From a phage: DNA of 64,000 bases. Both the position numbers and the translations under genes were made by a program. The notes below the pieces were generated by a model. It saw nothing but the letters and a program-made list of their open reading frames with translations, searched no databases and was not told the DNA's origin. Numbering within the stretch: position 1 is the first letter of the stretch; each line of letters starts with the position of its first letter. This document shows positions 20,601 through 29,225 of the stretch, piece by piece. Location of the stretch: assembly GCA_037431425.1 (NCBI GenBank), contig GCA_037431425.1_4129.2; one strand, written 5' to 3'.

Positions 20601-23600
20601 TCCGAACCAAACTTAGCATTTGCAGCACTTGGTGTACAAGAGATAAATTCGCCAGTTACCAGAGGACTCTGACTCCATATCACAAAATCTTTAGCAATAG
20701 TGTGCCAATCTTGCTGAATACCATCTTGATTAACATCTTCGAAAATCCAGCCATGTTCTTTAAGATACTCACCATATCCACAAATAAAAGTGTATACTTC
20801 TTGATAACTATTGAAAATAGTCCCATATTCAATAGAAGCCTCAGACTTCCATTCATTATAATGAACAATATTACGGTTTTCCAATTTAAGAGTTACTTTT
20901 CTTCCATTTTTTACTGGAAGTTTATATTTAAATTTCGCACCAACCAAATCATATCCATCAATTTGATATGCACTACCATTCCATGTAATTTTGATGGCAC
21001 TCATCTGTTCATCGCGAATGTTATTCGAACGCACCAGACCAATCGTTTGGTTTTCTTGTGAAATAAGACCAAATGATTTAGCGTTGAATGTTAATTGATC
21101 TGCTTTAGTAAAGCCACCAATTTTATGTCCCACATTTACGTAAGACGAACGTACAACATCTCCATATTTTGTAGTAATATTTTTATTTTGATACATCAAA
21201 TAATCACTAACAAACATTTGATATCCAATTGTTCTTGTGTTATCTTCACCATGAACAGTTGTGTTTTTATCAAAATTCACACGATTGCGGGTATCCCCGT
21301 ACAGAAATTGTTCACCAGTGGTGATAATTTCTTTCAAATTGTCATTACGGGTATCCCAATAATAGTTGGCAAATTGTGCAGGTTTAGCTTTATACAAAAG
21401 TAACATTTGGTCATATGCAAACAATGTGGTGTTCATATACGTAAATTCCATATCACCCATGTCGCCATACGCCCAAGGTTCTGCTCGGTGAACTAAAGAT
21501 CCAGACACTAATCCTAAAACTTCAGGAGCAATATACTCAACCACACAAATATCTACACCGGATGATGTTTTATTTCCAGTTTTAGTAATTTTAAATGGTT
21601 GTACACCAAATCTTTTATATTTGTCATACTGACCACGGCGGTCGCCATATAAAATTGTCCCAGTACTACTATCGCCGATTGTATCATTTACATCCCAAAG
21701 TCCACTAGGAACCAAATCACCTTGTTCATCAGTTACAAGTGCCTCATATACATAAACTACATCACCATCACGTTCACCAACTTGGACAGCGGTTGGTTCA
21801 TACTCTTGGTTCCACCAAGTAGGACGTTGTGTAAACCCAAACATTTCCCATGGATGTGTAGCAGGGCGATATGTACCATATTGATCAGTATAGATTGCAC
21901 GCCATGAACCACGAGCAGGAATTTCAGTACTTTTACCATCAACAACATAATAGGTTCCAGTATAGTTCCATGTTCTCCAGTTATTAGGATCATAATCATG
22001 TGTGCTATTACTAATACCATTAGATGCAGTGAAGTTAATATAACCACGTAATAGAAGTGTTTGTTTTTCTTCTGCACTATATTCAGTTTTTGTAAAATAT
22101 GGCGTAGGGAAAAGATCATCACTATTCAATACAGGGACATAATCAACATCTTTGAATTTATTGTCAATACTATTGAAAATTCTATTTTCAAGTTCATATA
22201 CAACATCATCCATTTTATCAACACCATTGATAACACGGTATGCTTTAGAAATAATACCAGTATGGCTGATATTATAATAGCTAGGTTTACTACCAGCAGT
22301 TAGGAATGTTGCTTTCTCAGGAACGTATGCTTGTAGAATACCTAAAAACTGTGGAGTTGGTGGTATAAATGCACGAATAAGACCAGATGTACTACCCACA
22401 TTGTCATAATAGAATGGGAATGAACTATCACGACCCATATTAATAGTTGCCAAAATAGAATCAACGATGTTAGCTGCACTATTTTGTAAAAAGTTAGTTG
22501 GGTTTTCATTGTACATTCTAAGCATTTGTGTATTAAATTTATTAATGAATCTGAAATATTCAGATTGCATAAACATAGTTGCTTCAAATAAATCAATATC
22601 TTCATTTGCAGTATGAGCCATCAATGGGAGCATAGAAGCTTCATTTTGAATAATTTTAGTTCCTACTCCATTATTCACTAATCCCTTAGCTAAACGTTCT
22701 TCATAATCGTTGAAGTCATCAGCATAACCACTAGTGATATTCTGTTGAATAATATCCTGAAAATGAAGAGTATAGTCTCCTTGATTAATATATATAATAT
22801 TGGAGTTATATGGGTTATTTTGTAAGTTAATTGGAACTTCATATGCACCTAATTCTTTATCAGGTGTTACAGTACTGCTATAAGTTCTAATTTGAATAAC
22901 AGAATCATCATCCAATTCAACACTGTTATCGATTGTGATACTTTGCACTTGACCTTTTAATACATTCTTGGTATATTTGGAGATATTAACACCATCAACA
23001 ACAACTTCAATAATATCAGAGTCATTGTCTAAAACTTTTTGTGCCAATTCAAAAGTATGGTCATATTTTAAAACCTGAATACCATCACCACTAATTTGAT
23101 GCCAGTCCAAATATGTTTCACGTTCAGCTTTATAGTACTGATATGTTTTATCAACTTCGATGACATATGCATACATACCCTCGACTGGTTCTTTAAACAG
23201 TTCCATATCATAAACAGAACTAAAGACTCGATACATATCAGTACGTTTGACTTGAGGTGTCTGTTTTACAAATTGTTTAGAGAATTCTTTTGAACGCACC
23301 CAATCAGTTTGAAGATTCATTTTATTATTTTCATCAATGATGTTATAATAATACAAACCACCGATTTCAACTTCAACACCAAGATGGTCATATGTATAAC
23401 GTTGTGATTGTAAAAAGTTTTCATAAGTGTAATAGTTATAATCACCAAGTTCAATGTTATACCCATATACACTATCAGCCGCGTAGTTATAGTTTATTTT
23501 AAATCCAAATAATGGTGAACCTTTAAATGTACTGGATGGGTACGTGGTGCTGTTATCTAGTTTGATTCCATTACGATCATAAAGTTGGAATTGAGGAAAG

Positions 23601-24661
23601 ACGTTAACACTTGGCTTCGCCTGTGCACGAACCCATAATGTTCCATTCCAATACATAGAATTATTGCCGTACTCATTTCCTTTTGTGACCAAAACTACGT
23701 CACCATTTTGTGGTTCACCACTTGGACGGGACTCAGTTTCTTCATTTGGATCTAGTGCTAAGCCATAAACGCGTGTACCATCTTGCATTTTTTTAACATA
23801 CACTTTATAAATTCTATTGTTTTCACCATCATTACCAATACTGGTGAATAGAATACGCATACCATCTTGTGGAATAATACCATCAATGCGAATACCGCTA
23901 TTGACATCTTTTTGAATAATATCTTCAGGTTTGATACTATCAGAAAAAAGTTCAACTGTTCCACGGAATTTTGTACCGTAGTTAATTAGCTCGATATTTT
24001 TATTATATTCGATAATTGGTGCACGAGCACGAATAAAACGAGAATCTTGCATTAGCTCTTCAGTCAAGATAGAACCGTCTTCTAGTGTTTCACCTAAAGT
24101 ATACCAAAAGTTTTGCAAAGACCATGTATTACCATTAAGTGCTCCACGTTCCATTACAATGTAATCAGGTGTAATGATATTATAAGAGTTTTTGGTATCC
24201 CAAAGATACGAACTAAAATTGTTCATTTTATTTGGGTTAATTGCAGGAGTCCATGCATAAAACTTACCGTTAAATAAACGACTTTCATTATCGGTTAGTG
24301 CTCCGTAATGACTCATGTATCCAACAAGATCATCATAAAATTGAATTGAACGAATTGTTGAATCATCATTTTTAGAGACATAAGCAGTGGACAACTGATA
24401 TAGTTGACGTGCAACAGAACTTTCATGCAAGAAGATATTACCAGCGGCAGCCGGAGAACCCATGTCACCAATATAACCGTCAACCAATTCGTTTTCAGCC
24501 GGATTAAACCATTGTTGAATAACATCATCACTGACTTTTTGAATATCTTCTAAGCCTTGCATCCACTCAGGCAATCTTTTGATAAAAAGCTTTTTCTGTA
24601 CTGCTTCAGCCATCTGTGTAGGTTGAAACTTAAAATTATTAGTCATTTTTCTGGACTCCAT
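14678..24661 (-). CDS. giant virion protein (3327 aa), in the position of T4 baseplate gene 7
   Basis: Single uninterrupted 9984-nt ORF; immediately downstream of the gp6-like gene; preceded by ATAAATAA late-type motif; Asn/Tyr/Asp-rich, no catalytic motif recognised by eye. Confidence 0.75.
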   Translation of the reverse strand: MESRKMTNNFKFQPTQMAEAVQKKLFIKRLPEWMQGLEDIQKVSDDVIQQWFNPAENELVDGYIGDMGSPAAAGNIFLHESSVARQLYQLSTAYVSKNDDSTIRSIQFYDDLVGYMSHYGALTDNESRLFNGKFYAWTPAINPNKMNNFSSYLWDTKNSYNIITPDYIVMERGALNGNTWSLQNFWYTLGETLEDGSILTEELMQDSRFIRARAPIIEYNKNIELINYGTKFRGTVELFSDSIKPEDIIQKDVNSGIRIDGIIPQDGMRILFTSIGNDGENNRIYKVYVKKMQDGTRVYGLALDPNEETESRPSGEPQNGDVVLVTKGNEYGNNSMYWNGTLWVRAQAKPSVNVFPQFQLYDRNGIKLDNSTTYPSSTFKGSPLFGFKINYNYAADSVYGYNIELGDYNYYTYENFLQSQRYTYDHLGVEVEIGGLYYYNIIDENNKMNLQTDWVRSKEFSKQFVKQTPQVKRTDMYRVFSSVYDMELFKEPVEGMYAYVIEVDKTYQYYKAERETYLDWHQISGDGIQVLKYDHTFELAQKVLDNDSDIIEVVVDGVNISKYTKNVLKGQVQSITIDNSVELDDDSVIQIRTYSSTVTPDKELGAYEVPINLQNNPYNSNIIYINQGDYTLHFQDIIQQNITSGYADDFNDYEERLAKGLVNNGVGTKIIQNEASMLPLMAHTANEDIDLFEATMFMQSEYFRFINKFNTQMLRMYNENPTNFLQNSAANIVDSILATINMGRDSSFPFYYDNVGSTSGLIRAFIPPTPQFLGILQAYVPEKATFLTAGSKPSYYNISHTGIISKAYRVINGVDKMDDVVYELENRIFNSIDNKFKDVDYVPVLNSDDLFPTPYFTKTEYSAEEKQTLLLRGYINFTASNGISNSTHDYDPNNWRTWNYTGTYYVVDGKSTEIPARGSWRAIYTDQYGTYRPATHPWEMFGFTQRPTWWNQEYEPTAVQVGERDGDVVYVYEALVTDEQGDLVPSGLWDVNDTIGDSSTGTILYGDRRGQYDKYKRFGVQPFKITKTGNKTSSGVDICVVEYIAPEVLGLVSGSLVHRAEPWAYGDMGDMEFTYMNTTLFAYDQMLLLYKAKPAQFANYYWDTRNDNLKEIITTGEQFLYGDTRNRVNFDKNTTVHGEDNTRTIGYQMFVSDYLMYQNKNITTKYGDVVRSSYVNVGHKIGGFTKADQLTFNAKSFGLISQENQTIGLVRSNNIRDEQMSAIKITWNGSAYQIDGYDLVGAKFKYKLPVKNGRKVTLKLENRNIVHYNEWKSEASIEYGTIFNSYQEVYTFICGYGEYLKEHGWIFEDVNQDGIQQDWHTIAKDFVIWSQSPLVTGEFISCTPSAANAKFGSDFGSVQSITQNNGGVWSLLDDNNQGIRQYEIETSRIGNIFTVRTTDSNKRIALIRLSLCSYEHAVIFDDKTIFGDYIYQPTYGSIQELIKMYGYITGSWTGRLQAPGFIILESGTIPSFETLVTDFQHYYDNEHPVSDVQLQELSSHLIGYQSRDYLQRMISSDVSRVDFYKGFIHDKGTNQVLERVLRVSKSYDTDEYKALQEWAFKVGTYGNIDGKKNLQFKLINDQFKQQPQMMSFDENATSNGNGNNIVFFGEQGKDPQWITRPNGKFSFPMRSGRSEHIQLPDIGPVTLDEVSYTTKDFSTAFNDRMLYINGKGENPESVWMFKDGNGLWNIFELIDTNVKMVSITPIETTDVYAEKFCKVTLSDDIPLEDGDYYYFVDETNFMPDTLTVESQYYTAGDDSKVMVVPFDTSINIEFTDPDTRPRLYRYVSRFVSTEERQAYIDKKYSFKAPQSTLFERPTTYDERTNITALYLNVYDPINGVIPGAAMQNVTYTSPIDPAQYNSNGELVQAWGAEKVGQVWWNTSTAFYLDYTRAIYDADGNVDIDATNEYKRYNWGRLLPHSTIDVLEWVCSPVEPYNWDKYCKDVAKKNKNNNMYLPSGTALEDNYSTFLEYDSSTDSYVTKYYFWVRDTIYVPPIHTRTKSCTDIARIIKDPSQLNIPWFAPINENSFILSNMQFEVNDDTSVLTISYYMDNTEVVKHDQYQLCKEGESYNFNPLIWDSMWNSLIGQETTKSGKVVDLLYPEVGTGLGSNKTWFQNIIEARRNFVESANNYYRSQNITTNSVVMEDVFNVKTTEVNPNEVSFRVLTYNNELVIAVEKDKFKENDAVILSSSGYLPTPLSTSAVYFIHFDENGYIQLMNSPANAGSVVTITLENKGEGQHKMIKQSDYVESLGTSLDMTQYWSYADWYDVGYDSKTAYIQEISLEEANAKNYQVGDIIRVTDSENIWTLYIKSQSRDSIYWKAIGRQRSTIELNDLFYVDYNVHNEDGSLSNREINIRKALALLKNSFDLHQSEIVFDMVKYVHVEQGVVDWVFKTSYIYIVGLEQSLVQNYSNDNLINQIVEYFEEVKPYRTKIRSQIEQKTSDDDLIKGLCNDLDPNGYIFVDGSWVKTEKDIWDYEYAQYNETTKKWEKVGSLPSDFIAPNRRFQEIDIIMHYDNIQCKPNKDLANINELISVNNKYQSNEKDSVNTYELQRYIYSYPVYNEQSFDLVNAYLLQTYYPELDVTLGTANGVNQWYKEHADDLEATDEFTATLERIYNESTHNEMFTDLRHYVQYNTLANRLKLYKDISDDKIHDEVGCGFSGLVYNDNPSTRLPLGFSSSNDYNYGYFEISKELYEKYISFITEKYPDASEHDIKVKLEVEYGVYVYRYDEIGGDTRFYSDAVHVLAAMRGLFDKDSTDMYEKAEEILSKTPIDIYAITMMPRKHVYLNINGEYQSIPDDKSIDDFMEDYFITNGEMIKLAEINLDDLPQDQNNPMYSDYQYIIDSIAEAKFFNDMNAFDNLALESQTSAIKWEVKDDEVDPYIIDISEINPASRAVGHIRFTVDGYGFDTESLVQLRNNSRYKTEGMAIINPYKHTEAIVSIPSYAKIEHDINKTASPFEEKYFYRVRSINSLTEAEIVDSDLSDGDKVMIFTPDGEDFIRYQNRTWETILRVSNIKHNTTPILFTVRTTGKETIELVDSSGNVLRYDNITLGQLNQPVQHLALNIVRVRTFADPEFTKGDIKLYEQNRNYTIDVINYDVFYDTTLNGGKYNDGVTPDDVDVWVVSNEIFNDDGITIDNGYNLPITGEGVLSELVRTKMPDCLEINVIEYDAKDIKPTKNNEGVWVYEYPMVDSMYIDVADATITNITTISEENTTYVAQPLSVSHYNVRNNVLSGSAANKSDIISIGYEKVEVRNTNNLLRGVMYSAEHDFKHDTTYSFNGINLGGYDKFKRYTQNSYTIDLSVYTNSLRVRGNDIQKILIVK

Positions 24662-24695
24662 ATAATTCGTTCATTCATTTGATTTATTTATTAGA

Positions 24696-24720
24696 TAAAA
24701 AAGGCGTTCCGAAGAACGCC
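24696..24720 (-). terminator. intrinsic terminator between gp6-like and giant gene
   Basis: GGCGTTC-cgaa-GAACGCC stem followed on the minus strand by a U-run. Confidence 0.6.
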
Positions 24721-24727
24721 GATATTA

Positions 24728-27700
24728 TTAAGAACCGATATTAATATTACTTTTAGCTAATGAGTTAACTATTTGAACATTTTCAACCGATGCAGTACTC
24801 AAGAATATTTGGTCCGAGCGTGAAGGTATTTCAAACAAAGAACCAAATTTGGAATTCGGATTTTGTGCAACTATAACAATTGTACTAATATGTCTTCCTA
24901 GTTGGGAATGTATATAAGTACATAAATCGGTATAATAGAAACTTTCACCAAAATCCCAGTTATCAACATTAAAATATTCATTCGTTAATGCTATCACATT
25001 TTGACGAATTTCATCATCACTCATCGTGCTATTTGGTAGCTTAACAACTTTAAAATCAGCTTTATAATCTTCCGCAGCACTGTTCCCAAATAATGGTAGA
25101 TACTCTGCACTATGCCAGATAATACTATCACTGATGACTATTTTTTGTTCGACATCTTTGAACATATTTTTCAATTCAACTGATGTTGGAGGCTTCGGCA
25201 TACTTCCAACTGCATTATTTTTTAACCACACATCAACTTCAGTTTTGTATGAGTTTGTTAGTACATACATATCAATTAGGTTTGTTCTACTAGGATCAAT
25301 ACGGTTATCATCAGGTGCATAATGTTTCCAATGGAAATCTATACTGGTACGAGCATTCGTCTTAACCGTATATTGCGATGTAACATCTTTATAACCATAA
25401 TAATCCAACTTCTGATTCTCATCAGCATTAGTACCCATGTTATTAATTGAACGATAAAACGCAAGTTCAGGACTAATAGTTCCGGTATCATCGGAATATG
25501 TCAAATTACTGATTAATTGCCCCAAACGATCATTGTTATTACCAACAGTTTGTTCAATAAAATAATATTTACCATCATATTTAAAACACACTAAGAATCC
25601 AGAGCCTTTACTATACAATCCACTCAATGTGTTAGAACGAATTGCATTATTTCGTACAAATTCGGTTCTTTTATATGTATTAGGTTCAGCTAATGCTTGT
25701 TCCATCGTATAAGACCATGACGTATCCAGTAGTGAGAATGTATCATTTGGTAATGACAGTACTGAAATTGTAAAATCATTATTTTCCTTGAATATCAATA
25801 TACCACCGTATTTTAATGCATCAGAACCTGACCATTCTGGAACAATATCTTTAAATTGATTCGGTTCCAACGGTATACCATTACTATCTACTTTTCTAGA
25901 GGTGACAATAATACGAGAACCATCCAGATATCCATTTTCTTGCTGTATTGTGTCATAAATTTGAAAATCTATATTACTTGTTAGACCTGAGTTACTTGTG
26001 CTTGTTGTGTTGGATGATAAAATTTCAATTTTATCACTTTGAACTGTACCAGAACTAATATCAGTTATTTTTTTGGATGAAACGAAATAGAATTTGACTT
26101 TATTACCACCAACAAATATATATTCAATACCATTTGCATCAAATTCCCAGGTTTCTGCTGTATATTTAACGTTTATTACAACTAAAACTTCGTGACCATT
26201 GTAAACAATAGTATCATCATTTGTACTAATTTCTACTGGAACCCATGAAGTTGTTTCTTTATCATGAACAATAACAAAATCAGTTTTTTTATCAAGCATT
26301 GCAGAAATAGACTGAACCTCAACCGAATCAAATCTTGTTCTATATGGTAATATATAATCAATTGCTTGCATTTTACTAGAAACTGGCGTACTTAATACAT
26401 AAAACCCATTATCTAAAACACTAATAACACTTGCCCATATAGTTGTTGTAGAGTTGGAGAACTTAATTAAAGTGCCAACCTGATACGAATTATATACTGT
26501 CCCAGATGATCCCATGATTCTTCCATATGTATTGGTAGTATAATTCGAATTATAAACAGGTGTCCATGATTGTTGAAGTTCAATTCCAATAGTATTTGGT
26601 GGATATGCTTGATAACGTTGTATCACAGCATTTTCACCAATTAGTGGTTGAATATTGTCAATTACGATACTGGCATTTGTTTTTGTAGTTGGTAGTAATA
26701 AAGATTTATTAAATTTAGTATTTTCTTTATATAATGCACCATCATCACTAAAAACATCAGTATTTTGATATTTTCCAGTAGGGTCATTAATATCAATGAA
26801 TCGAGACTGTCCACTATAAATTCTATTAATAGCTTTTGACTTAAGTACAGTGTTACCTAAACTGAGTGGAGCAATATTATAATCTTCACCATTAACAAAA
26901 CGGTTTTGTGTGTAATACATTTGTGGTGCTCGTGCTTTAATTTGCTCAATAGTCTCAGCACTTTGTGCACGATCTGATTCGTATTGTAATGAAAAGCGTA
27001 CATCTAGTGTGCTTGATTCATAACTGGATTGTGTTTTAGTACGATACGTATATTTTACACTTTTATTTTGAATTTCTGACGTTTTGATGTTATATGTTTT
27101 ACCATTACTAACACGATACCACACACGGAATGTACCACGCGGAACAACACCACTTCTGGAATCTGGATATTTAATTGTTATTTGATCTTTATCACGAGTT
27201 GTAACTGCAAAAATTGTTTTAAGCTGGCGATTGACCGTGTTGTATGCAATACTTTCCATGGATGGAACTTTTGTCCATTTGGTACGAACAATACCATCTT
27301 CATTGATTTCTTGTACCCAAACATCAGTTTCATTTATGTTATCAACGTTTACCTCTTGTATTCTATTTTCTTCACGAATATTATATTGGTAATCTTGATA
27401 TGTCAATGTTCCTTGGATAAAATACACAAAAAAACCAGTATTTGGTGAACTGAATCCATTACCATCATTTTGGTACACAATATATTTTTGCTCTTGTGGT
27501 TCTGGATGTCTCTCTTCAACACCAACAGATGTAATGTCAGGGTTAACCACTTCAAATGTCATTGATTCACCATTAACAGTTGCAACAAATGGTATACTTG
27601 GAGCACTCATAGGAATAGTATTCATTCGATAAAGCTGACGTGACACCCCATTGACATCAATACGTTTAACTGGATTACCGAACTGATTAGTACTAACAAA

Positions 27701-28189
27701 TGAACTATTCATAACAAGAATAAAGTTTTCATACCAATTCGCATCCATTGGGTCGTTCCAACGAATAATTTTATCTTTTAATGATTCATTAAAACTATTA
27801 CGAACATCTTGGTTTGTTTTAATTTCTGTTAATTTTGCTACTGCACGACCTGGATATGAGCGACGTGGTGTATACGAAATCATTTTGGCTAATTTTAGAA
27901 CCGATGCACGGCGTGTAGCAGTATCTAAGAAGTTTTCACGCGTGTTCAAATCCATACGAAATGCCAAGTTCTGACCCAGCATTGAAATGGTATCAAGAAT
28001 AAAAATAAACTGATCGTTTTCAATCCAGTCATTAAATGAATCAGGATACGTTTGACGCAAATAATCAATCATACTCTGGCGAATAGTATCAAAGTCAAAT
28101 GCCGTGAGATTGATTTTATAAAAACTTTCATATACTTGTGTCCAATCTTCACCACTATATAAATTTGATTGCCTTTTTTGTTGTGACAT
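24728..28189 (-). CDS. 6: baseplate wedge protein, gp6-like (baseplate J family), enlarged to 1153 aa
   Basis: N-terminal region LTAFDFDTIRQSMIDYL...LDTISMLGQNLAF...TATRRASVLKLAKMISYTP follows the pattern of T4 gp6 as recalled; position downstream of gp25-like gene. Confidence 0.7.
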   Translation of the reverse strand: MSQQKRQSNLYSGEDWTQVYESFYKINLTAFDFDTIRQSMIDYLRQTYPDSFNDWIENDQFIFILDTISMLGQNLAFRMDLNTRENFLDTATRRASVLKLAKMISYTPRRSYPGRAVAKLTEIKTNQDVRNSFNESLKDKIIRWNDPMDANWYENFILVMNSSFVSTNQFGNPVKRIDVNGVSRQLYRMNTIPMSAPSIPFVATVNGESMTFEVVNPDITSVGVEERHPEPQEQKYIVYQNDGNGFSSPNTGFFVYFIQGTLTYQDYQYNIREENRIQEVNVDNINETDVWVQEINEDGIVRTKWTKVPSMESIAYNTVNRQLKTIFAVTTRDKDQITIKYPDSRSGVVPRGTFRVWYRVSNGKTYNIKTSEIQNKSVKYTYRTKTQSSYESSTLDVRFSLQYESDRAQSAETIEQIKARAPQMYYTQNRFVNGEDYNIAPLSLGNTVLKSKAINRIYSGQSRFIDINDPTGKYQNTDVFSDDGALYKENTKFNKSLLLPTTKTNASIVIDNIQPLIGENAVIQRYQAYPPNTIGIELQQSWTPVYNSNYTTNTYGRIMGSSGTVYNSYQVGTLIKFSNSTTTIWASVISVLDNGFYVLSTPVSSKMQAIDYILPYRTRFDSVEVQSISAMLDKKTDFVIVHDKETTSWVPVEISTNDDTIVYNGHEVLVVINVKYTAETWEFDANGIEYIFVGGNKVKFYFVSSKKITDISSGTVQSDKIEILSSNTTSTSNSGLTSNIDFQIYDTIQQENGYLDGSRIIVTSRKVDSNGIPLEPNQFKDIVPEWSGSDALKYGGILIFKENNDFTISVLSLPNDTFSLLDTSWSYTMEQALAEPNTYKRTEFVRNNAIRSNTLSGLYSKGSGFLVCFKYDGKYYFIEQTVGNNNDRLGQLISNLTYSDDTGTISPELAFYRSINNMGTNADENQKLDYYGYKDVTSQYTVKTNARTSIDFHWKHYAPDDNRIDPSRTNLIDMYVLTNSYKTEVDVWLKNNAVGSMPKPPTSVELKNMFKDVEQKIVISDSIIWHSAEYLPLFGNSAAEDYKADFKVVKLPNSTMSDDEIRQNVIALTNEYFNVDNWDFGESFYYTDLCTYIHSQLGRHISTIVIVAQNPNSKFGSLFEIPSRSDQIFLSTASVENVQIVNSLAKSNINIGS

Positions 28190-28254
28190 AATTTATTCCT
28201 TTAAATCAGTAAAGTACTAGTTCAGTACTGGGAATTATATAGAAATATTTATTC

Positions 28255-28286
28255 AAAAAGAAAAGCACCCCGAAGAGTGCTTTTTT
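28255..28286. terminator. bidirectional stem-loop terminator
   Basis: AAAGCAC-cccgaaga-GTGCTTT stem with flanking A-run and T-run. Confidence 0.55.
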
Positions 28287-28291
28287 AATAT

Positions 28292-28687
28292 CTACAAAGA
28301 CGATACTGAATATGTTGCCATTCTATTATTACTTCTTGCATCAAATACAATAGAAAGTTCCTCTACAGTATTCAATACTACATAATGCAATACTATGTTC
28401 ATTTGATATCCATATTCTATCCTTGAAATTTGTATTTTTTTAAGATTCAAACGTGGATCTAAAGAAATAATCCTTCTGGCATCTGCTTCCAAAAGGTTCA
28501 TAGTATTATAACCTTCCAATTCAAACAACAAATCCCATGCAATAAAACCATAGTCTGCATCAAATGCCCTTTCGCCTTTTTTTGTATTGAAATGGTTCAT
28601 TAAATCCTGACGAACCAGTTCAGTATCGTACAATGTTTCCGTTCTACCCACAACTGGTGTGGAGAAACCTTTAAAAACAACTGCCAT
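28292..28687 (-). CDS. 25: baseplate wedge protein, gp25-like (GPW/lysozyme-like fold)
   Basis: KKGERAFDADYGFIAWDLLFE...LDPRL matches the gp25/GPW pattern G-R-FDP-FG...LFE...EPR; 131 aa. Confidence 0.75.
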   Translation of the reverse strand: MAVVFKGFSTPVVGRTETLYDTELVRQDLMNHFNTKKGERAFDADYGFIAWDLLFELEGYNTMNLLEADARRIISLDPRLNLKKIQISRIEYGYQMNIVLHYVVLNTVEELSIVFDARSNNRMATYSVSSL

Positions 28688-28700
28688 TGTCTATTTCCTT

Positions 28701-29189
28701 TTATACGGATTCGACGATTCGTGCCATCTTTTCCGCTCTAGAAGTGGTTTGTTTATACCAGGTACTATCACGCAATTCTTTACCAGCAGTTTTATAATCA
28801 GCATTACCCAATGCGGTCATTGCTTTTTTAAATTTCAAAACTTTGGCTTTGCCCATTTGGAACACCATCATCCACAAAACACGCTGTACTTGTACTGGTG
28901 CAGTCATGCCAAATTGCTCATAAATTGATTTTGCGTCATTGTACGCGGCCTGAGCATCTTTAATAAGAAGTTGTTCAGCTTGTTCTTCAGTTAAGCCATT
29001 TTTGAAGTTTTCACCAGGAAGAACTAAATGACCATAACCAATAGTATCAAGTCCCAAGCTATCTTTATATACCCAAAACTTATCATTTTTAAAATAACCA
29101 AGTTTTTTCTGATAAGCAATAGTTCCTTCAAATTCTTTGATTTCATTAAAAAATTGCTCATCTGTATTTTTAATTTCCCATTTACTCAT
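28701..29189 (-). CDS. e: T4-type lysozyme (GH24 endolysin)
   Basis: TIGYGHL, MVFQMGKAKVLKFKKA and WYKQTTSRAEKMARIV track T4 lysozyme TIGIGHL / MVFQMGETGVAGFTNS / WYNQTPNRAKRVI; 162 aa. Confidence 0.9.
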   Translation of the reverse strand: MSKWEIKNTDEQFFNEIKEFEGTIAYQKKLGYFKNDKFWVYKDSLGLDTIGYGHLVLPGENFKNGLTEEQAEQLLIKDAQAAYNDAKSIYEQFGMTAPVQVQRVLWMMVFQMGKAKVLKFKKAMTALGNADYKTAGKELRDSTWYKQTTSRAEKMARIVESV

Positions 29190-29225
29190 AAAGACATCCT
29201 TATATTATTTATAGTACTAAAATAT

